Origin: an uncultured delta proteobacterium
GTDB lineage: Bacteria > Desulfobacterota > WTBG01 > CAIYCZ01
Reading direction: 5' to 3'
NCBI GenBank assembly: GCA_963803975.1
Contig: CAWDOY010000007.1
Location: 1-34,646, forward strand
Length of the DNA: 34,646 nt
Part shown: positions 18,857-30,725 of the stretch, piece by piece
Layout: each line of letters opens with the position of its first letter
How positions within the stretch are numbered: the stretch's first letter is position 1
Program-made: the position numbers and the translations under genes
Notes under the pieces: generated by a model
The model's input: the letters and a program-made list of their open reading frames with translations, nothing else
Databases searched by the model: none
Told to the model about the DNA's origin: nothing

Positions 18857-19687
18857 ATGAAGAAGCACCAAAAAAAACACTGGGGACTTCTGCTGCTGGT
18901 AATAACCATGCTTTGCATACTGCCGGCATGCAAAAACCAGAACAAAGAAGAGATCGGGGTGCTCTATGTGCTGCACGGGGGAATGGACACCTTTGCGCCG
19001 CAGTATATGTGGGACGCATCGCTGCACCAGTTTTCTTATGATCCCAACCATCCCGTTTACCAGATAGCAATCTGGAATCCAGAGATGTGGCAAACGATCC
19101 TGCAATCTGAATTTGCTGTTAAGTTTACTAGAAAGTACGAGTTCCAATATCCCCGGATCGGCGGTACCGACCCTTTTCATGCGCTTTCCAACACCCAGAT
19201 GGAAGACATGAAAGCTGAGTTGAACAAGAACACTCTTGGGCTGCACTTCGAGGCGGAGTTTGCGTCCTGGATGTCGGCCGGCCGGCCGGAAAATTACCCG
19301 TATCCGCGGTTCATGTATAACGGGCCGGAAGGTGCCAAGGCAAAATGTACTTACTGCGGCGAGCAGGAAGCAGATGGCCCATGGCCGGGCTGCAACCCGG
19401 AGCGCTATAATGTAGACGGGCCGGTGGAGCGCTTGCTGAAAAAGGGTGTTTCCCGGATTATAGCCGTGGATATGGCGGTAGGCGGAGTCCGGTTTTATAA
19501 GCCCTATGATGTGGTGCAGATGTCCAAACGCGTTCTTGACAAGGTGTTCCCTGCAGGCCACGAGCAATGTCCTTTAACCCTGGATCCGCTGAATCGGATT
19601 GAGCTTTTTCCCTTTCTCCTTGAACTATTTTTACCCCCTTTAATTTACACTTTCTTTACATCCCATTCAAACTCCCTTCACATTTAA
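18857..19687 (+). pseudogene. Lipoprotein of unknown function, apparently 3'-truncated near 19543
   Basis: AGGAGG RBS, LPAC lipobox, IGVLYVLHGG. After RVLDK the frame runs into non-coding-looking DNA that overlaps a promoter. Confidence 0.55.
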
Positions 19688-19697
19688 AACCTATACT
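19644..19697 (+). promoter_or_regulatory. Four-box 11-bp-period promoter, copy 1
   Basis: TTTACA(19644)-N5-TTTACA-N5-TTCAAA-N5-TTCACA-N9-TATACT(19692). Confidence 0.8.
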
Positions 19698-19786
19698 AAA
19701 GCTGTAACATGAAGAGACAACTGAATGCAGAGAGCACGTTTTACCCTCTGCAAATTCTTCCATGCCAGAAAAAAAGGAGACACACT

Positions 19787-20125
19787 ATGAAAAAATCAAT
19801 CATCTTAATCAGCATGCTGGTCCTGCTGGCCGGGTGCGCAACCGTGCGAACAGATTTTGCGCCGCTGCAATTTGGCACAACCGCAGCAAAAACAAGCGGA
19901 GACATCCTGCTCGCTACCGGGGACCTTAACCGCCCGTATAAGGAGCTTGGCGTTATCTTTGTTAAGGGACGTCATACCGGGTACCAGAGCATTATGGAAA
20001 AGCTCAGGGAAAAGGCCCGCGAGGTGGGGGCAGACGCGGTCATTAAAATAGAATTCAGCAGCAGATTTTTCTATTACCACCGGCCTTATTGCCGCGGTGT
20101 CGCGGTTTCATTTAACGTGAAGTAG
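19787..20125 (+). CDS. Small lipoprotein, YbjQ/heavy-metal-binding-like fold
   Basis: AGGAG RBS, MKKSII...LAGC lipobox, YKELGVI...LREKAREVGADAVI. Confidence 0.7.
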   Translation: MKKSIILISMLVLLAGCATVRTDFAPLQFGTTAAKTSGDILLATGDLNRPYKELGVIFVKGRHTGYQSIMEKLREKAREVGADAVIKIEFSSRFFYYHRPYCRGVAVSFNVK

Positions 20126-20155
20126 CAAATAGTATCAGATGAAAGGAGAACTGTT

Positions 20156-20332
20156 ATGAAAAAATGGATTCCACTAATTATTGTTCTTGTGACATTTATC
20201 GCCGCAGGGGGCAAGTTCATGGCAGCGAAAAAGTACGGCGCACTCTCTATATCTCAGGACTATGAGAACCTTGTGTCAGCGCCCGTATATTTTTGCGACA
20301 CGGTTATCACGGCGCAATCAGGGCTTTTTTAA
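20156..20332 (+). CDS. 58-aa small protein, family member A (absent from ORF track)
   Basis: AGGAG RBS; MKKWIPLIIVLVTFIAAGGKFMAAKKYGALSISQDYENLVSAPVYFCDTVITAQSGLF; paralogs at 30019-30264 and 31886-32059. Confidence 0.85.
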   Translation: MKKWIPLIIVLVTFIAAGGKFMAAKKYGALSISQDYENLVSAPVYFCDTVITAQSGLF

Positions 20333-20347
20333 TTGAAGGAGGGCGCG

Positions 20348-20992
20348 ATGACAGAAAAGGAGAGTCTTGAACTTGCCACCATGTGGCACGTGGATGCGCT
20401 GCTGCAGGCATATCCCATCGCCATTGTGACCACCATGGACCGGGCGGGAAGAATTAACGCGGCGCCCTATTCACTGGTGCTGCCATTCTGTTCCTCAGCA
20501 AAAAATCCCCAGATGCTGTTGATCAGCAATAAGAACTGGCACACAGCGAAAAACATTGAGGCAACCGGCGAGTTTGTCCTTAATTACCCTCGTGCTGACC
20601 AGCTTAAGGATGTTACCGAGACCGCTCATTTTCATCCAGCCGGGGTCAATGAGCTTTACTATACCGGCTATACCACCATGCCGGGCCGGGCAGTGCGGCC
20701 GCCGCGGATTGCCGAGTGCTACCAGCACGTGGAATGCAGGGTGCGCGAAATTATCCGGCCGTCACCGCAGCAAATCAACATCATTGCTGATGTGGTTGAC
20801 CTTTCAGCCGATGCGGGGCTCTATGGCGTTCCCCGCTTTGAGCGGGCGCGGGCGGTTAATGCTCCACTCTATCTGGGGGTTGATGAGGAGCGGGGTCACA
20901 TTTTTGGAAATGTCAGCAAAATGTTCACCGAGCCGCTTGAACAATATGGGGCAGGTGAAAAAAAGCTGCCGGCACATGAGGCTGCTTGCTAA
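20348..20992 (+). CDS. Flavin reductase-like FMN split-barrel protein (paralog 1)
   Basis: PIAIVTTMD..GRINAAPYS, HTAKNIEATGEFVLNYP, VRPPRIAECYQHVECRV. Confidence 0.9.
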   Translation: MTEKESLELATMWHVDALLQAYPIAIVTTMDRAGRINAAPYSLVLPFCSSAKNPQMLLISNKNWHTAKNIEATGEFVLNYPRADQLKDVTETAHFHPAGVNELYYTGYTTMPGRAVRPPRIAECYQHVECRVREIIRPSPQQINIIADVVDLSADAGLYGVPRFERARAVNAPLYLGVDEERGHIFGNVSKMFTEPLEQYGAGEKKLPAHEAAC

Positions 20993-21188
20993 AAAAGCAG
21001 CCAGCTTAAAAGACAAAGAGGTACACGACAGGTGCTCCAGCGGCAGCAAGGCGCCTGATTTTCGTTTAAAGCCACTCCTGCAGCTAATGATATGACGCTT
21101 TACACATAATGTTGCACAAGCATTGTGCGCAAGCACTGGTGAGATCGGCTATTGACAATTTAAAGATTTCTGTTAATCAATTATTCGT

Positions 21189-21482
21189 ATGGATATTAAT
21201 AAATACTTTCTAAAAATTATCTGCATAGCACTTTTTATTTTCGCGCCAATCTGCGCTGTACCGAATGAATGCGGTAGTAACGAGATTGAAAAGGAGATAA
21301 GCGCCTTGCATTGTATTGGTAAAAAAATAAGACAAACAGATTATCCCGGCAAATTATTAGATATTTTTCAAAACACTATAGGAAAAAATATCCCGCAATC
21401 AATATTTGCAACCAGGATTTCAAGCCATTTTTCCCCAACTGTGTCCATTACTGATTTAACCACTGCACCACTGCTCCTATAA
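21189..21482 (+). CDS. Hypothetical protein with N-terminal hydrophobic segment
   Basis: 97-aa AT-rich ORF upstream of htpX; no recognisable motif. Confidence 0.4.
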   Translation: MDINKYFLKIICIALFIFAPICAVPNECGSNEIEKEISALHCIGKKIRQTDYPGKLLDIFQNTIGKNIPQSIFATRISSHFSPTVSITDLTTAPLLL

Positions 21483-21655
21483 GCAAATTAGCTCCCATAC
21501 CGCAACTTTTGCCAGCAAACTTAAAATAGATCGTTTTAAAAGTGTCATAGATACACGACGCCGGGTAGATGCCGCTAAAGCGATCGGATGTATCTCACCA
21601 GTGTTTACTAACAGCAATAAAATAGAACGATAGACCTTTTTATTGGAGATTAGAG

Positions 21656-22501
21656 ATGAATACCTGCAAGACAATGTTTTTAATGGTCACGCTGACCCTG
21701 ATGCTCGTGGCAATCGGAAATTTACTGGGTGGCAAATCGGGCATGACCATCGCTCTGGTCATAGCGTTCGGGATGAATTTCATCAGCTACTGGTTCAGCG
21801 ATAAGATAGTACTTAAAATGTATAGTGCCCGGGAAGTGAGCGAAACCCAGGCACCAGAACTATATAGCATGACCAGAGAGCTTTCTTATGCAGCAGGACT
21901 TCCCATGCCAAAGGTTTACCTGATGGAACAGGACCAGCCAAACGCCTTTGCAACCGGGCGGAACCCGGAACACGGTGCAATAGCGGTGACAACCGGCATT
22001 ATGCGAATACTGTCGAGGGAAGAGTTGAAAGGGGTGCTTGCCCATGAGCTGGCACACATCAAGCACCGGGATATTCTGGTGGCAACCATTGCTGCAACCA
22101 TCGCCGGTGCTATCAGCTACCTGGCACAAATGGCACAGTGGACAATGTTCTTCGGCGGGCGGGATGATGAACGAGAAGGCGGAAGCCCGCTGGCTGCAAT
22201 AGTGATGATGATTGTTGCTCCCATAGCAGCGCTGCTTATCCAGATGGCCATATCCCGTTCGCGTGAATACGGGGCAGATGCCGGCGGGGCGCAAATTGCC
22301 GGAAACCCGGGGTATCTTGCCAGTGCGCTGCGGAAGCTCGATGGCGCCAGCCGGAGAATACCGATGAACGCCAACCCGGCAACAGCGCACATGTTTATTG
22401 TGAGCCCGCTTTCCGGGGGCGGATTTCTCAAACTGTTCAGCACCCATCCCCCGATGGAGGAGCGGATTGCCCGGCTTGAGCAGATGGCTGCATCACGGTG
22501 A
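21656..22501 (+). CDS. htpX: Zinc metalloprotease HtpX
   Basis: [43 protein letters not shown]. Confidence 0.97.
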   Translation: MNTCKTMFLMVTLTLMLVAIGNLLGGKSGMTIALVIAFGMNFISYWFSDKIVLKMYSAREVSETQAPELYSMTRELSYAAGLPMPKVYLMEQDQPNAFATGRNPEHGAIAVTTGIMRILSREELKGVLAHELAHIKHRDILVATIAATIAGAISYLAQMAQWTMFFGGRDDEREGGSPLAAIVMMIVAPIAALLIQMAISRSREYGADAGGAQIAGNPGYLASALRKLDGASRRIPMNANPATAHMFIVSPLSGGGFLKLFSTHPPMEERIARLEQMAASR

Positions 22502-22793
22502 ACAGGGTTGGTTATACGCGAGAACGCAGCTTCCATCAGTGTGTGTACCAAATGCTTATGTTTAGATACATTGCCACGGGAAGTTTTATGATTTTTTCAT
22601 CCCCACGGGGAGGGCCAGCGGGTACCCCCTCCACCTCTGGCCTTCCCCAAACGGGCTGCAAGAAGCATACAGGTGCAATTTATTTATTCCCTGTTAACAT
22701 AGCGTTATTTTTGCTGTCATTCAAATCGTATGCGAAGAACTGCATTAAAAAGGGATAAACAGTCTAATCCAGTTCACCATTTAATTAGCAAAC

Positions 22794-23417
22794 ATGAATT
22801 GCTTGAGAAGAACTTATGATTGGGTATTAGGTTGGGCAAAGACCCCCTACGGTGCAATCGCATTGTTTTTATTGGCCTTTAGTGAGTCATCCATTTTCCC
22901 CATTGCTCCAGATGTATTGCTGATTGTTTTAGTATTAGGAGCAAAAAACAAAGCGTTCGGCTATGCAACCAATTGTACTGTCGGCTCAATTTTAGGCGCC
23001 TTTTTGGGGTATGGTATTGGGTACTTTCTCTGGTGGAATGCAGATGAGATCGTTCTCTCCAGTTGGCCATGTTCTTTTTTGACCAGATCCCCGGATTTAC
23101 ACCGGCTGTGTTTTTATAAAATAAAAACGCTTTTCGAGAAATGGGATTTCTGGATAATTTTTACAGCAGGTTTTACCCCGATACCTTACAAATTATTTAC
23201 CGTATCAGGCGGTGCATTTCAAATAGATTTAACAATGTTTACCCTGGCATCAGTTATAGGAAGAGGTGCACGATTTTTTCTTTTAGCCTTTTTACTGTGG
23301 AAATTTGGTGAAACCATAAAACTTTTTATTGAAAAGTATTTTAATATGATTGCGATAGGCATTTCTCTAATTTTTATTGGTGTTTTTGTTGCTTTAAAAA
23401 GTGAGCTCTTTTTTTGA
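22794..23417 (+). CDS. YqaA/DedA family membrane protein
   Basis: LAFSESSIFPIAPDVLL, AGFTPIPYKLFT, GRGARFF. The middle segment looks locally frameshifted. Confidence 0.9.
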   Translation: MNCLRRTYDWVLGWAKTPYGAIALFLLAFSESSIFPIAPDVLLIVLVLGAKNKAFGYATNCTVGSILGAFLGYGIGYFLWWNADEIVLSSWPCSFLTRSPDLHRLCFYKIKTLFEKWDFWIIFTAGFTPIPYKLFTVSGGAFQIDLTMFTLASVIGRGARFFLLAFLLWKFGETIKLFIEKYFNMIAIGISLIFIGVFVALKSELFF

Positions 23418-23446
23418 TAGATATTATTTAATGAAAGGGGAAATTT

Positions 23447-23975
23447 GTGAAAAAGAAAATATCAGCGATCCTTATTCTTGCAGTTTTTCTTATGCCTCTT
23501 TGTGCATATGCACAAAATCAAACTCTTATCATGTATTACTCAAAGACCGGCAAGACACAAATCGTTGCCGAGGAACTGAAAGCTCTCATGCCTGATGCCC
23601 GGGTGGTTGAAATAAAATCTGATGTGGGAATTATGAAGGCAGTCATGTGGCAGCAACTCTTCAACCGCAATGCTTGCAATGAACCAATAGCTGTCGATCT
23701 TGAAAAATATGACCGGGTTATTCTTTGCTCGCCTATCTGGCTGCAAAAAATATCTTCTCCCATGAGAACAATAATCAACACGGTGCCCCTTACGGGTAAA
23801 CAGGTGCAGATGTTTGTCGTGTGTGCAGGGCATTTTGGAGAGGGGGGACAGAAGAAACTGAAAAAACAACTTGACTTCCAAAGAAATTAATTTGGAAAGC
23901 TTAGCTATTATAAAGTCTGGCAATAAAACAGATGAAGATATTCGCGAACAGGTCCAGGAGCAGTTAAAAAACTGA
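23447..23975 (+). CDS. Exported flavodoxin-like protein 1 (frameshift near 23870)
   Basis: Signal peptide ending AYA, YYSKTGKT FMN loop, YDRVILCSPIW. The C-terminus continues in another frame to EQLKN* (23975). Confidence 0.8.
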
Positions 23976-24041
23976 ATCAGAAGATACAAAAGGCAGGGTA
24001 CCCTTGATATCTTATAAGTTTTATTTAATCTGGAGATTTTT

Positions 24042-24464
24042 ATGACTAACAACTATCTTGATAGAAGCAATTACGTAAAAGGTCTCTTGCTTTTAATTGG
24101 CAAAGACAAAAAAATAACTGATAGTGAAAGAGATTTTTTGCATAACATAGGAAAAACCCTTAGTTTCAATAAAAAGTTTATTGAAAGCGCTATGAATGAA
24201 TTATTTGAGAATGAATATTTAGGGAATGAACCACCAGTTTTTTCTCAAAAACAGTATGCTGAAGCGTTTCTGAGAGATGCGATTAAATTAGCCTGTGTTG
24301 ATAATGATTTAGCAAGCGAAGAATTTGATTGGCTGCAGTCAATAGCCGTATCAAATGGTTTAGCGAATGAATGGCTAAAAAATGAATTAGAGTATTATCT
24401 AAGCGGTAAACATGCGCACGAATCACAAGAACTGGAAATAAAAAAAATATTTGATACCGTATAG
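24042..24464 (+). CDS. TerB-like protein
   Basis: Two TerB-like helical repeats: LLIGKDKKITDSERDFL and KLACVDNDLASEEFDWL. Confidence 0.7.
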   Translation: MTNNYLDRSNYVKGLLLLIGKDKKITDSERDFLHNIGKTLSFNKKFIESAMNELFENEYLGNEPPVFSQKQYAEAFLRDAIKLACVDNDLASEEFDWLQSIAVSNGLANEWLKNELEYYLSGKHAHESQELEIKKIFDTV

Positions 24465-24620
24465 AATATTCGAGAACCTCTCATCCGGGGAGAATCTTAC
24501 TGGTAGAAACCTGCAAAAGAAAAAACAAAGTCAGGCAAAGAAAAGCGATAATGTAATACGGTCAAAATAAGTGCGATGTCCCCTGAATTCCCGTTTTAAC
24601 AAAAGAAGGAGGTAATATCA

Positions 24621-24920
24621 ATGAAGCCAAGTGAAAAAGAGGAAGAGTTTTTTGTAAGAATGGAGTTTGAAAAAAAGAAGAAGATTGAGGAAGAAAAGCA
24701 CAAGAGACTTGCCGAGGAAGAAAAGAAAAGGCTGAAAGAACTTCATTATATGCAATGTCCCAAGTGCGGAATGGAACTGATAGAGATTGATTATAAAGGG
24801 ATAAAGATAGATGAGTGTTCTGAATGTGATGGGATATGGCTTGATGCGGGAGAACTTGAAACTGTAGCAAAACTGGAAAAGACCGGGCTTGATAAGTTCT
24901 TTAGTATATTTAAGAAGTAA
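24621..24920 (+). CDS. zf-TFIIB zinc-ribbon domain protein
   Basis: KPSEKEEEFF coiled coil, CPKCGMEL...IDECSECDGIWLDAGELE; GGAGG RBS. Confidence 0.88.
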   Translation: MKPSEKEEEFFVRMEFEKKKKIEEEKHKRLAEEEKKRLKELHYMQCPKCGMELIEIDYKGIKIDECSECDGIWLDAGELETVAKLEKTGLDKFFSIFKK

Positions 24921-25017
24921 AGAAACAGTTGCTTGCCGAGTATTAATACCATCATCTCAATAGGGTGTGCTGTTTTGCAGCGAAATTGTCACGAGCAAAA
25001 GAATAAACGGGGTTTCT

Positions 25018-27619
25018 ATGCGCTGGCATCAAAAGGATATACAAGGAGTCATTGAAGACCTCAAGTCATCACTTCAGGGGCTTTCTTCTGAAGAGGCCGT
25101 GAGGCGACTGGGGGAATACGGTTTTAATGTATTAAAGGAGAAAAAGAAAAAGACTCCTTTCATGATGTTCCTTGACCAGTTCAAGGACTTTATGATTCTT
25201 GTCCTTATCGCTGCTGCCATTATATCAGGGTTTATTGGAGAGGTATCAGACACCATAGCTATAGTTGTCATCGTTGCCCTTAACGCAGTAATTGGTTTCA
25301 TACAGGAATACAGGGCAGAAAAGGCGATGGCAGCCCTTAAAAAAATGGCGGCTCCGACTACCACGGTCATAAGAAGTGGTATGCCTGCCACAATTGATGG
25401 CTCTGACATTGTTCCCGGCGATGTGGTAATGCTTGAGGCGGGGCGGATCGTTCCTGCTGATATGAGACTGCATCGAGACAGTGCAGATGAAGGTGGAAGA
25501 AGCTGCACTTACCGGTGAATCTGTGCCGGTAGAGAAACATACAAAACCACTGCATGATGAGATGCTGCCTCTGGGTGACAGAAAGAATATGGCATACAAA
25601 GGCACCTTCGTGACCTATGGTCGCGGCACCGGTGTTGTTGTGGCAACCGGTATGGATACAGAGCTTGGAAAGATCGCTGCCATGCTTCAGGAAGAAGAAG
25701 AGGTAAAAACACCTCTTCAAAAAAGGCTTGCAAGCTTCGGTCAGAAACTCGCCATTGCTGTCCTTGCCATATGCGCTATTGTATTTGGCATTGGCATTAT
25801 GAGAGGGGAACAGCCTTTGTTGATGCTCCTTACGGCTATTTCCCTTGCAGTTGCCGCAATTCCGGAAGCGCTGCCTGCGGTTATAACCATATCCCTCGCG
25901 CTGGGAGCGAAGAAACTGGTAAAGCAGAATGCCCTCATAAGGAAGCTCGCTGCGGTAGAGACCCTCGGCTCAGTGACATATATCTGTTCAGACAAGACAG
26001 GTACTCTGACATTAAATAAGATGACGGTTGAGGAACTCTATCTTGGTGGCAAAATACTTCGGGCTCCGGAGATGGAAGCTCTCAAAAAAACAGATCATCC
26101 TCTGATGGCAGCCTTGGCTTTAAGTAATGATGCGCAGACGGGAACGGACGGCGTTATTATTGGTGACCCCACAGAGATTGCATTATATGACATTGCCAGG
26201 AAACATGGTTTTGACAAGAAAGAGCTTGAAAAAAAATATCCAAGAGTAGCCGAAATCCCGTTTGATTCTGACAGAAAATGCATGACTACCGTACACACAG
26301 GGACAGAAGGTTTTGTTTCCTTCACAAAGGGCGCGATAGAAGTCCTGATCGATAAGTCAATTAATATAGTAACACCTGAAGGATTGGAGGCTATTAATAG
26401 TAGTGCTATCTATAGGATTAACGAGAGGATGGCTGCCGATGGCTTAAGAGTTCTTTGTATGGCCATGAGGAAATGGGATGTCCTGCCTGATGATATGTCT
26501 CCTGAGAATGTGGAGACCGGACTCACTATTTTAGGCCTCACGGGGATGATGGACCCCCCGAGAGAAGAGGCCAAGGAAGCTGTCTCGATGTGTAAGACAG
26601 CGGGAATAAAACCGGTGATGATAACCGGCGACCATCCTATTACAGCGAGGGCAATAGCCAGAAGGCTCGGCATCATCGATGATGACTCAAAAGCAATAAT
26701 CACCGGAAGAGAGCTTGAAAAATTAACATTAGAGGAGTTTGAAAAAGGGGTTGAGCATATCAGGGTTTATGCAAGGGTGGCGCCTGAGCAGAAACTGAAG
26801 ATAGTAAAGGCGCTTCAGGACAGGGGACAGTTTGTTGCCATGACCGGCGACGGGGTTAATGATGCACCTGCATTAAAGAGGGCTGACATTGGAGTAGCCA
26901 TGGGAATTACCGGGACGGATGTCTCAAAAGAAGCAGCTCACATGATACTCCTCGATGATAATTTTGCCACCATTGTTAAGGCGGTAAAAGAGGGCAGAAA
27001 GATATACGATAACATCAGAAAATTCATAAAATATCTCCTTACAACAAACTCAGGCGAAATATGGACTCTCTTTCTTGCGCCTCTGTTCGGCCTACCGATA
27101 CCTCTTCTACCGATCCATATACTCTGGATAAATCTTGTCACGGACGGGCTCCCTGCCCTTGCTCTTTCTGTTGAACCTGCAGAGGGAGACGTTATGAGCA
27201 GACCCCCAAGGCATCCAAAAGAAAGTATATTTGCTCACGGATTGGGACTTCATGCAATATGGGTTGGCATCCTGATGGCTGGCATTGTTCTTGTTGTTCA
27301 GGCATGGGCGATTACGACTGAACATGCTCATTGGCAGACAATGGTATTTACCGTGCTCTGCCTGACCCAGCTTGGCCATGTCCTTGCCATAAGATCTGAA
27401 AAAGAGTCATTGTTCAAGATAGGATTATTCTCTAATAAATATCTCCTTTTCGCAGTCTTGTTGACCTTTATTCTTCAGATGTCAACGGTCTATGTGCCGG
27501 CATTGAATCCCATATTCAAGACAGAGCCTTTGACTTTAAATGAATTGATGCTTACGCTCGCATTGTCATCCGTAGTATTTTTTGCAGTAGAGGTTGAGAA
27601 GTTATTTAGGCGGAGATAA
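25018..27619 (+). CDS. Cation-translocating P-type ATPase (type IIA, Ca2+-like), one frameshift near 25470
   Basis: [59 protein letters not shown]. Confidence 0.95.
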
Positions 27620-27660
27620 GACAGTTCAAGGCTGTATTTAACCCTACAATTCTCAAATTC

Positions 27661-28461
27661 ATGAAACCACAAGAAATAATTATAAAATCCACAAAAAAAA
27701 TTTGGCAGAAATGGTCAATAGCATTCAAGATAATGCCTTTGGTTATTTTAGTAGCTATATTAAAGTTTCTTTCTCATAAATTTGGATTAGAGATCATGGA
27801 GTTAAATGCCCTTTTCACAAGTTTAGTAGCCGGCACCATATTCCTGATAGGATTTCTTATTAGTGGAGTGCTTTCCGATTATAAGGAAAGTGAAAAAATT
27901 CCAAGCGAGCTTTCAGCATCCATGAAAACATTATTTGATGATACTTACACCATCTATAAAGGTAAAAACTCTGATACAGCCCATCAATTTATTGAATTTC
28001 AAAAGTCATTTATTAATTCTTTGATGGATTGGTTCTACAAAAAGGAAAGGACACAATCAATATTAAAAAAAATTAGCATGATGAATGATTTTTTTATTGA
28101 ACTTGATAAAGAAGGTGTTCAGGCTAATTATATTATAAAAATGAAGAATGAACAAAATAGTTTGAGAAAGATGATATTAAGAATTGATACAATCAGAGAC
28201 ACCGAATTTGTTGGTTCAGCTTATGCAATTGTAGAAGCCATGGGGTTTTTAATTGCAATTGGTCTGATAATTATAAAAATTGAACCATTTTACGCATCAC
28301 TCTTTTTCACTTTACTTGTTACTTTCTTGATATCTTATATGTTTTTTTTAATTAAAGACCTTGATAATCCGTTTGATTATTCTGTTAACGGTGAAAGCGG
28401 AACAGAGATTTCATTAAAACCAATTCACGACCTTGAATCTGAATTGAAAGATTTTATGTAA
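27661..28461 (+). CDS. AT-rich membrane protein, bestrophin/DUF4239-like
   Basis: Four TM segments, GFLISGVLSDYKESE, and IKDLDNPF. Confidence 0.65.
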   Translation: MKPQEIIIKSTKKIWQKWSIAFKIMPLVILVAILKFLSHKFGLEIMELNALFTSLVAGTIFLIGFLISGVLSDYKESEKIPSELSASMKTLFDDTYTIYKGKNSDTAHQFIEFQKSFINSLMDWFYKKERTQSILKKISMMNDFFIELDKEGVQANYIIKMKNEQNSLRKMILRIDTIRDTEFVGSAYAIVEAMGFLIAIGLIIIKIEPFYASLFFTLLVTFLISYMFFLIKDLDNPFDYSVNGESGTEISLKPIHDLESELKDFM

Positions 28462-28876
28462 AATTATACAAAGGTAAAAAGGGGATAGAAAAATAAACAA
28501 CGAATTGCCAACACGCGTGTACGGTGCATACCCTTGTCACGCCTGCCCGCCATAGCTTCAGCAAAGGCGGGTACCTAAATACGGCTCCTACACGCTGGAA
28601 AAGTTTTATCGCGAAGAGGCAGAGCGGGGAGGATGAATTAAATGTATCTTATTCTTCTGCCTGCGCTATCCATTCAATTAAAGGACATATAAGAAAAAAC
28701 GGCATAAATAAAAATCAACTCTCCGTGGACAGAAAATCTTTTTATGGCGAGATTTTTCGCTAGTCTCGCTATCAAACCAGATAATAAGCGAAGTCATCAC
28801 TGTCCCCTCTTTTTACTACGATAGATTGTGATTGTGGTCGTTAAATCAATGTGAAAAAAAGGATTTCTAATAAAAC

Positions 28877-29854
28877 ATGAGAGCAGATATTATAAATCGA
28901 TCTCCTATATCTTTTATTTATCTTTCGATCTCCGCGGCTATTGTAACCATTGTACTGAAGACCGTTGCATACTTGCTGACGGGTTCAATCGGTCTGCTTT
29001 CAGATGCAATCGAATCGCTTGTCAATCTGGTTGGAGCACTCATGGCGTTTGCGATGTTGACTATAGCAGCTCGTCCAGCCGATGAAAACCATGCCTATGG
29101 ACATAGTAAAGCCGAGTACTTTTCAAGTGGTGTCGAAGGCACATTGATTCTGATTGCCGCAATAAGCATTGGCGTGACGGCTGTTCAAAGACTTATCACC
29201 CCCAAACAACTTGAACAGGTTGGGTTGGGATTAGGAATATCCATTGTAGCCTCATTAGTGAATTTGGCTGTCGCACTTTTATTGCAACGAGCTGGCAAGC
29301 ATTACCATTCAATCACACTTGAAGCTAATGCAAAGCATTTGATGACTGATGTGTGGACATCAGCAGGTGTGGTGCTCGGAGTCGGCGCGGTAGCACTAAC
29401 TGGTTGGGAGCGACTGGATCCTGTTGTTGCAATTATCGTCGCCGCTAATATCGTCTGGTCAGGGGGGCGCATAGTGTATCAGTCCGTATCGGGATTAATG
29501 GATACAGCCCTGCCACCTGAAGAGCAGAATACCTTAAGAAAAATACTAGAGCCCTATATCCAAACCGGGGTTCAGTGCCACGCCATTCGTACACGCCAAT
29601 CAGGAATGCGTCGATTTGTATCACTTCATGTATTGGTTCCTGGTTTATGGACAGTCCAGCATGGGCATTATCTGTTGGAAAAAATAGAATCAGCCATTCG
29701 CCAAGCTTTGCCAAACGTGACAGTTTTTACTCACTTGGAGTCGCTCGAGGACCCCTCTTCCTGGAAAGATACAGATTTAGATCGTATAGAAGCAGCGCCG
29801 GTTGTCACCTTACAGCAAGCAGCAGACGGAGAGGTCAAGGCACAAACAAAATGA
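28877..29854 (+). CDS. Cation diffusion facilitator (FieF-like) transporter
   Basis: [46 protein letters not shown]. Confidence 0.95.
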   Translation: MRADIINRSPISFIYLSISAAIVTIVLKTVAYLLTGSIGLLSDAIESLVNLVGALMAFAMLTIAARPADENHAYGHSKAEYFSSGVEGTLILIAAISIGVTAVQRLITPKQLEQVGLGLGISIVASLVNLAVALLLQRAGKHYHSITLEANAKHLMTDVWTSAGVVLGVGAVALTGWERLDPVVAIIVAANIVWSGGRIVYQSVSGLMDTALPPEEQNTLRKILEPYIQTGVQCHAIRTRQSGMRRFVSLHVLVPGLWTVQHGHYLLEKIESAIRQALPNVTVFTHLESLEDPSSWKDTDLDRIEAAPVVTLQQAADGEVKAQTK

Positions 29855-30018
29855 ATAAATATAAGCAGCATGTCGATTTTGCCAGATAAATAATCTAAAC
29901 TACCAATTGCATATGGAAGTGAAGGTAAGTATACCGTCTTGGAATTGTACCCACCTGCAACCAGTGCTCCCCCACATCCCGTAAGACATTTCGCTTTAGG
30001 CTCTCCTTCTGCTCTCTG

Positions 30019-30264
30019 CTACAATAAAGTAGGCATAACTGAATCAACTAGGTAACAAAAATAACCCGGCACTGCAGCGAAATTCTCATACCCCTGAGAC
30101 AGGCTGCAATATATATTGTCACACAGTTTAAGACAACGAACTGCCCCGGAAAATCCGTGGCCTTGACCAATGGAGAGCAGGCAGTATTCTTTTACCATTA
30201 GGAACTTCGTGCCGACTAGTGCAACAAAGCTAAGCAAACTGATTGCCGGAAGATATTTTTTCAT
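30019..30264 (-). CDS. 81-aa small protein, family member B
   Basis: AGGAG RBS; aligns with 20156-20332 (MKK..P.I, KF...K.Y..LSI.Q, YEN....P.YFC) with a 23-aa insertion. Confidence 0.8.
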   Translation of the reverse strand: MKKYLPAISLLSFVALVGTKFLMVKEYCLLSIGQGHGFSGAVRCLKLCDNIYCSLSQGYENFAAVPGYFCYLVDSVMPTLL

Positions 30265-30317
30265 GGCAAATCTCCTTTCTGAAACGGTGTTTATTGGTAT
30301 AACCTTTATACGCCTTT

Positions 30318-30371
30318 AGTATAGAGACAAACTGTGAAGGGATTTTGAATGGAAGGTAAATAAAGTGTAAA
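30318..30371 (-). promoter_or_regulatory. Four-box 11-bp-period promoter, copy 2
   Basis: Minus strand TTTACA-N5-TTTACC-N5-TTCAAA-N5-TTCACA-N9-TATACT. Confidence 0.8.
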
Positions 30372-30513
30372 TTATAGGAAATGAATCAGAGGATAGAAAT
30401 TATAGTGCATATTTAAGATCCTATATCTTCAACAAAAAAACGGTGTAGTAAGCGTTTTTTAACAGAACTCTTATCAATATAATATGGCCTGTAAATTTTT
30501 AATCTCAAGTATG

Positions 30514-30606
30514 CTATACTGCATCCAATATTTTTTCTATTTGAAGCTCTTGTGATCCGCGTGAATATTTACCGCTCAGATAATACTCTAATTCATTGTT
30601 TAACCA
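30514..30606 (-). pseudogene. 3' remnant of a second TerB-like gene
   Basis: WLNNELEYYLSGKYSRGSQELQIEKILDAV* matches the C-terminus of 24042..24464 (WLKNELEYYLSGKHAHESQELEIKKIFDTV*). Confidence 0.8.
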
Positions 30607-30725
30607 TAACCGCACAAATAACCAAAATTTCCGGTTGCTATCATAGACATCTCCGCCCGGCAGGAATAATGACAGCAAGATACAAAGGAGGATACGCAAA
30701 TAAAAGCGCATCTCTCCCATTAGGA

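Noticed and set aside
20156..20332. RiPP precursor call for the small-protein family
   Set aside because: No recognised RiPP maturase, RRE or peptidase-transporter nearby, and the N-terminus looks like a signal/TM segment. Left open, not asserted.
22607..22648. Hairpin GGGGAGGGCCAG...CTGGCCTTCCCC after htpX
   Set aside because: No U-tract, large loop and single copy in the window; cannot be classified.
30607..30720. 68-aa ORF 30514..30720 as an intact gene
   Set aside because: It is a chimera of unrelated upstream sequence and the TerB-like 3' remnant.
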